In this document: positions 58,986 to 64,000 of the stretch, one piece after another
Layout: the number at the start of each line of letters is the position of its first letter
Position numbering within the stretch: the first letter of the stretch is position 1
Assembly (NCBI GenBank): GCA_963797685.1
Contig: CAWCQK010000004.1
Location: forward strand, 331,943-395,942
DNA: 64,000 bases
Source of the DNA: an uncultured Chloroflexia bacterium
GTDB taxonomy: Bacteria; Chloroflexota; Limnocylindria; Limnocylindrales; CSP1-4
Direction: 5' to 3'
Translations under genes and position numbers: made by a program
Notes under the pieces: generated by a model
What the model saw: the letters and a program-made list of their open reading frames with translations, nothing else
What the model was told of the DNA's origin: nothing
Database searches by the model: none

Positions 58986-59510
58986 AGTCCAGACCACCGA
59001 TCGATCGTCGACGCCTCGATCGCGGTCGCGATCGTTCGCGGGGAGCCAGAGCGATCTGCCGCAACGGAGATCGTCTCGGAGTGGAGACGGGACGGCGCGC
59101 GGTTGGTGGTCCCCTCGCATTTCTGGTTGGAAACGACCAATTCGCTGATCGTTCGGTACCGGTGGCCCGGAGCCGACGTCCTACAAGCCGTCCATGACCT
59201 TGACACGTTGCGATTCGAGACAGTCGAGATTGATCGGGCACTCCTCATCCTGGCGATGGACACGAGCGAGCGGTATCGGTTGACCACATATGACGCGGCA
59301 TACCTCGCGCTGGCCATAGCGCTTGATGGGTCGCTGCTGACGCTCGACCGCGAACTTCGCACCGCAGCTGGCGTGCGAGCCATTCCCATTGGCCCGCCAA
59401 AGCTCTCGGAGACGCCGGCCGCCTACGAGCGCGCCGTCACGTGGCCGAACTACAAGGGCGCCTCAGCGTTCCTCGCCAAGCTGCGCGCGGAGGCGGCGGG
59501 TCCTTCCTAG
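58982..59510 (+). pseudogene. vapC: PIN-domain toxin VapC, +1 frameshift just after the start as assembled
   Basis: GGGAGGAAG SD and ATG 58982 (MKSRPP) are in one frame. The PIN core IVDASIAVAIV...VVPSHFWLETTNSL...TTYDAAYLALAI...LLTLDREL is in the next frame. The junction is in gatcgatcg near 58998-59005. Confidence 0.75.
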
Positions 59511-59533
59511 CGGTCGGCACTACCATCGAACCG

Positions 59534-60017
59534 ATGGCTGAGCGGAAGAGCGCGGGGATCCTCCTGTATCGGCGGGTCGGCGGGTCCGACGGCGCGCTCG
59601 AGGTCCTGCTCGCCCATCCGGGCGGCCCGTATTTCGCCAAGACGCGACCTCGGCGACTGGACGATCCCGAAGGGCGAGCCCGACGGCGACGAGACCGATT
59701 TGACAGCTGTCGCCCGGCGCGAGTTCGAGGAGGAGACCGGGACGCCGATCGACCCCGCGGCGCCCGCCATCGAGCTCGGGTCCATCGTCCAGAAGGGTGG
59801 CAAGGTCGTCCACGCCTGGGCCGTCGAAGGCGACCTCGACCCGCTGACCGCGACCTCGAACGAGTTCGAGGTCGAGTGGCCGCCGCGATCGGGGACGCGG
59901 GTGCGGTTCGCCGAGATCGACCGGGTCGCGTGGTTCGACCCAGACGAGGCTCGACGACGGCTCAAGCCGACGCAGGTGCCGCTGGTCGACCGCCTCGAGG
60001 ACGCGCTCCGAGGCTAG
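59534..60017 (+). pseudogene. NUDIX hydrolase (small MutT-like), +1 frameshift as assembled
   Basis: MAERKSAGILLYRRV...LLAHPGGPYFAK is in frame 2. RDLGDWTIPKGEPDGDETDLTAVARREFEEETG... is in frame 0. The junction is near 59640. Confidence 0.75.
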
Positions 60018-60066
60018 ATGCGCGGGGCGCGGACGCCGTCTGTGCCGCCGGCGGCCGCGCGACGCG

Positions 60067-61945
60067 CTACGGCGTGGGCGCCGCCGACACGGTGACGCGG
60101 ATCAATGTCGGGTCCGCGCCCGAGGCAACGAGCGAGCCGCGATCGGGAGTGACGATGTCGAGCATCAGCACGTAGTCGCCGGCTGCGGGGGGAGTGAGCG
60201 CCTGGAGGTCGACCGCAGCCTTGGCACCCGACTTGAGGCCGAGCGGCAGAGCCGCTCCGACGACCTGGGCCGTCGGGTCCGGCTGCAGGGCCGCGCCGAC
60301 CGACAACGGGATCCAGCGGCCGACGAGGTACGCAGCGGCCGCCGGTGCGGTGCCGGAGGGGATCGGCTGGACGTCATGGCCCCAGGCTGTCTGGCCGAGG
60401 TTGGTGACCTTGACCCCGAACGTGACGGTGGTGTTGGCGGTCACGGCGGCCGTTGGAGTCGCCGAGATCGCACCATCAAAGTCCCCGGTCACGCGGACGA
60501 TCAGCGACGGGATCATCGACTGGGTCGCAGCGTCGTACGCCACCCCGTCCTTGTCGTGGAGCGAGATCGTCAGGCGGTAGCGACCGGGCACGCTCGGGTA
60601 GGTCACGGGCACGTTCAGCGCCTTCTTGCCGATGGTGACCCCGGCCGGTGCGACGACGTCGCCGACCTGCTCGGGGACGACGAGGGCGAAGCCGCTGTCG
60701 GCCGGTGCGTCGAACCGCTGGCCGGTGAGCGGATCGGCTCCGACATCCTGTGCGGCTGGCGTCGTCTGGCCGTTGGGGAGGGCGTGCGCGAGGTCGGGGT
60801 CGGTGGTCGTGGATGCCGGAGTGGTCGCGCCGGTCGCGCCGGGTCGCTCCAGTCGCGCCCGTCGCTCCGGTTGCGCCCGTCGCTCCCGTCGCGCCGCTGA
60901 CTTCATTCGCGGGATCGGTCGGCGCGATGATCGGGTCGATCGGATCCCAGCGGACGCTTGCCTCGAGGCCCTTGAGAGCGGCCTTGTCCTTGATGGTGAA
61001 GGGGACGTCGATGTGGCCCGTCGTGCCGGCCGCCGGAAGCTTCGCGATGGTCGGGGTGCCGAGCTTGACGTTGGTCGAAGCGAGGCTCGGTTCGAGCTGG
61101 AGGGCCGACGTGGCGCCAGACGTGGAACCCGTCGCGCCCGCGAGCACGTCCTTCGGGGCGAGACCCGCCTTCATCACGATCGAACGGGTGAAGCCGGCGG
61201 TCGCCGTCTCGGTATCCATCTGGTCCACGTAGCCGGGGCTGCGCATGCTCGGGAAGGCTGATCGGTTGCCATTGGCGCTCGGTGCGCCCTGCCAGGCCGC
61301 CTGGATCGAGCGGCCACCGCCAAGGACGGCGCCGACCATGTACGACGGGCTCGACCAGGCCTCGGCCACCACGGCGGCCGCGCCGGCCTTGATGAACCCG
61401 GCGGCGTAGTTGTCGATCCGCTGCTTCGCCTGGTCGATCGTCCCCTCGGGCAGGTCGGGCTCGGACAGGCCGCTCGCGTAGCACAGGTGGTTGAGCAGGA
61501 CGACGGCATTCTTGGCCAGCGTGACCTGGGCGGCGATATCGGCCTCACCGAAGTACTGATGCGTCGAGTCGTCACCGCCGGCCGTCGGATTGAGGCCGAA
61601 GCCGTCCTCGCTCGGGGTGTACAGCGCATCGCGATAGATGCTCGGCCAGCCGTTGCCGTGCCCCATGTAGACGACCAGCGATGCCCCTGCGAGTGCCTGC
61701 TTGACGGCAGGCCACGTCGCGTCGGGGGAATACAGCTCGATGACGTCCGAGGTATATCGCCGAGCGACCTTGGCGGCCGCACGCGCCTCTGCCCGATAGC
61801 CGTCCGTGGCGTCGCCGGCGGGCCCGACGATGAAGACCACCTTCGGCGATGCGGCGGCCTTCTGTGTCGCGGAGGCGAAGGTCGCGGGCGCGACCAGACC
61901 AACGAGGAACAGAGCCGCGAAGATGGCAACGCCGAGTCGTCTCAC
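60067..61945 (-). pseudogene. secreted clan-CD-like (caspase/gingipain-fold) protein with (Gly-Ala-Thr)8 linker and Ig/CARDB-like C-terminal domains, +1 frameshift in the linker
   Basis: Signal peptide VRRLGVAIFAALFLVGLVAPATFASA. VVYMGHGNGW (His-Gly) and VVLLNHLCYASG (Cys) are in clan-CD order. The C-terminal part (NTTVTFGVKVTNLGQTAW...) is in the adjacent frame. The junction is at the extra C in ACC-C-GGC (plus strand about 60839-60843). Confidence 0.6.
60823..60895 (-). repeat. imperfect 9-nt coding repeat (GGNGCNACN)x8 with one extra base
   Basis: The repeat is 73 nt, which is 8x9+1. It encodes GATGATGATGATGATGAT, then the frame slips, then GATGAT. Confidence 0.85.
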
Positions 61946-62080
61946 GACAGAGGGCACACTCCGTAGTGGGGTGGAAAAGAGTACTCCCGTGGTGTCCTCC
62001 GCACCATATCCTTTTGGGCTCACCGGGCCCTTATCCGAGCGCGGTGGTGCCTCGGCGCACCGTCCTCTACCATCGGGACC

Positions 62081-64000
62081 ATGCCCAACCGCCTCGCCGG
62101 GGAGACCAGCCCGTACCTGCTCCAGCACGCCCACAACCCGGTCGAGTGGTATCCGTGGGGTCCGGAGGCACTGGCGGCGGCCCGTTCGCTCGACCGCCCG
62201 ATCTTCTTGTCGATCGGCTACGCGGCCTGTCACTGGTGCCACGTGATGGAACGCGAGTCGTTCGAGCATGAGCCGACGGCCCGCTACCTCAACGATCACT
62301 TCGTGGCGATCAAGGTCGATCGTGAGGAGCGGCCGGACCTGGACCAGGTGTACATGGCGGCCGTCCAGTCGATGACCGGGGGTGGTGGCTGGCCGATGTC
62401 GGTGTTCCTGACCCCTGACGGCCGTCCGTTCTACGGCGGGACGTACTTCCCCGACGAACCGCGGCACGGGATGCCGTCGTTCCGGCAGGTGCTCGAAGGC
62501 GTCGAGCGCGCCTGGCGCGAGCAGCGCGACGAGGTCGAGGCCGCGGGCGGCCGGCTGGTCCAGAACCTGGTCGAGCAGGGCCGGCTGGACGCGGGGAGGG
62601 ATGATCCTTCGCCCGCGCTCCTTGAGGCGGCGACGGCCGCCATCGAGGCCGCGTTCGACACGGTCAACGGCGGCTGGGGCCGCGCGCCGAAGTTCCCGCA
62701 GCCGATGACGATCGAATTCCTGCTGCGTCGACACGTCGCGACCGGTGACGCCCGTCCGCTGGCGGTCGCCCGGCGCTCGCTCGACGCGATGGCCGACGGC
62801 GGCCTGCGCGACCAGCTCGGTGGCGGCTTCCACCGGTACTCGACCGACGCGGTCTGGCTCGTGCCGCACTTCGAGCAGATGCTGTACGACAACGCGCAGC
62901 TCGCCCGGGTCTACCTGCACGCCTGGGCACTGACCGGGGACGCGCGGTACCGCGCGGTCGCGACCGGGACGCTCGACTACATGGCGCGCGAGCTCACGAC
63001 CGACGACGGCGCCTTCGCCGCCAGCCAGGACGCCGACACCGACGGCATCGAGGGCCTGACGTTCACCTGGCGAGCGCCGGAGATCAGGGACGTCCTGGGG
63101 GACGCGGCGGCGCTCTTTGCCGCGGCGTATGGGGTCACCGAGGAAGGGAACTGGGAGGGTGTCACGATCCTGTCGCGCGTGGCCCCGGACGAGGCGCTCG
63201 CCGGCCGGTTCGGGATCGCAGCGCCCGAGGTCGCGGGCCGCCTCGCGGATGCGCGTGCGCTCCTGCTCGCCCGGCGGGGGGCTCGGCCGCAGCCGTCGCG
63301 CGACGACAAGGCGCTCGCGGCATGGAACGGCCTGGCGATCGCGGCGTTCGCGGATGCCGCGGTCGCCTTCGCGGCTTCGGACGCTGATGCTGCGGCCCGA
63401 TATCGCGCGGCCGCGGAAGGCGCCGCCTCGGCGATCGTCGGCGGGCTCCTCGGGCCCGACGGCTCGCTCGGCCGATCGTGGAAGGACGGGCGTGCGGTCG
63501 GCCGCGGCGTGCTCGAGGACTACACGCACCTCGCCGACGGGCTGCTGGCGCTCTACGAGGCGACCTTCGACGAGCGCTGGTTCGAGACGGCGCGCGGCTT
63601 GATGGACCGGGTGCTGGCGCACTTCGCCGACCCTGCCGGCGGCTTCTTCGACACCGCCGACGACCACGAGCAGCTCGTCACCCGGCCGAAGGACGTGCAG
63701 GACAACGCGGTCCCGTCGGGAAACGCCATGGCTGCCCGCGTCCTGCTCCGGCTGGCGGCCTGGACGGGCGTCGGGACCTACCGCGACGCGGCGGAGCAGG
63801 CGATGCGGACGGTCGTGCCGTTCGTCGCCCGGTACGCGACGGGGTTCGCGCAGTGGCTCTCGGCGATGGACCTCGCCCTGTCGCCGGCCATCGAGGTCGC
63901 GATCGTGGGCTCGCCCGGCGACACGGCGACCGACGACCTCCTGGCCGAGGTGCGGCGCGGGTACAGGCCGAACCAGGTCGTGTCGGTGGCCGCCGATCCT
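62081..64000 (+). CDS. thioredoxin-domain protein, DUF255/YyaL (SSP411-like) family, 3' end outside window
   Basis: This gene is not in the supplied ORF track because it has no stop in the window. Manual translation from ATG 62081 gives [31 protein letters not shown]...[20 protein letters not shown]...[27 protein letters not shown]...[14 protein letters not shown]... uninterrupted to nt 64000. Confidence 0.9.
   Translation, partial: MPNRLAGETSPYLLQHAHNPVEWYPWGPEALAAARSLDRPIFLSIGYAACHWCHVMERESFEHEPTARYLNDHFVAIKVDREERPDLDQVYMAAVQSMTGGGGWPMSVFLTPDGRPFYGGTYFPDEPRHGMPSFRQVLEGVERAWREQRDEVEAAGGRLVQNLVEQGRLDAGRDDPSPALLEAATAAIEAAFDTVNGGWGRAPKFPQPMTIEFLLRRHVATGDARPLAVARRSLDAMADGGLRDQLGGGFHRYSTDAVWLVPHFEQMLYDNAQLARVYLHAWALTGDARYRAVATGTLDYMARELTTDDGAFAASQDADTDGIEGLTFTWRAPEIRDVLGDAAALFAAAYGVTEEGNWEGVTILSRVAPDEALAGRFGIAAPEVAGRLADARALLLARRGARPQPSRDDKALAAWNGLAIAAFADAAVAFAASDADAAARYRAAAEGAASAIVGGLLGPDGSLGRSWKDGRAVGRGVLEDYTHLADGLLALYEATFDERWFETARGLMDRVLAHFADPAGGFFDTADDHEQLVTRPKDVQDNAVPSGNAMAARVLLRLAAWTGVGTYRDAAEQAMRTVVPFVARYATGFAQWLSAMDLALSPAIEVAIVGSPGDTATDDLLAEVRRGYRPNQVVSVAADP

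Noticed and set aside
61946-63667. Upstream two-thirds of the 1063-aa minus-strand ORF 60476..63667
   Set aside because: It is antisense to the intact YyaL/DUF255 gene. Only the part from GTG 61945 downward (signal peptide onward) looks like a real protein.

Overview
High-GC, densely coding chromosomal segment, Actinomycetota-like by gene content. All calls come from manual translation and motif recall, with no searches run.

Gene order along the window:
- Housekeeping peptidases (PepA, A24 prepilin peptidase, M23), glgC, an M1-like membrane metallopeptidase, NaPRTase, a NUDIX hydrolase and an orphan MsiK-like sugar ABC ATPase.
- An ECF41-type sigma factor with its NmrA-like neighbour, tRNA-His(GTG), a CAP-domain protein, a MacB/FtsX ABC pair, BioY and a GlcD-like oxidase.
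- A DUF4331+TPR pair, a SorC regulator plus FGGY kinase, and an NMT1/THI5-type ABC importer.
- A purine-catabolism cluster: guanine deaminase, xanthine dehydrogenase Mo/FeS/FAD subunits with a tiny membrane ORF between them, OHCU decarboxylase, uricase, malate synthase, a hydantoinase/allantoinase-like amidohydrolase, DUF3830 and HIU hydrolase.
- An S8 protease, Ku+LigD and an Eis-like GNAT.
- A visibly more AT-rich island with a DUF2075/Schlafen-like ATPase, an SRA/YDG-like protein, a papain-fold hypothetical and VapBC.
- A NUDIX gene, a clan-CD-like secreted protein, and a 3'-truncated DUF255/YyaL gene (62081..64000) that the ORF track omits.

No CRISPR array, rRNA, transposase or integrase was seen.

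The dominant anomaly is roughly 30 reading-frame breaks in about 15 recognisable genes. Most are +1 breaks (one extra base) and they concentrate between 41 and 61 kb. This looks like either assembly indel error or real gene decay; frameshift positions are good to about +/-10 nt.

The best candidate for an undescribed system is the AT-rich island, which could be a modified-DNA-sensing defence module. It is disrupted as assembled. Many long antisense ORFs in the track are high-GC artefacts.
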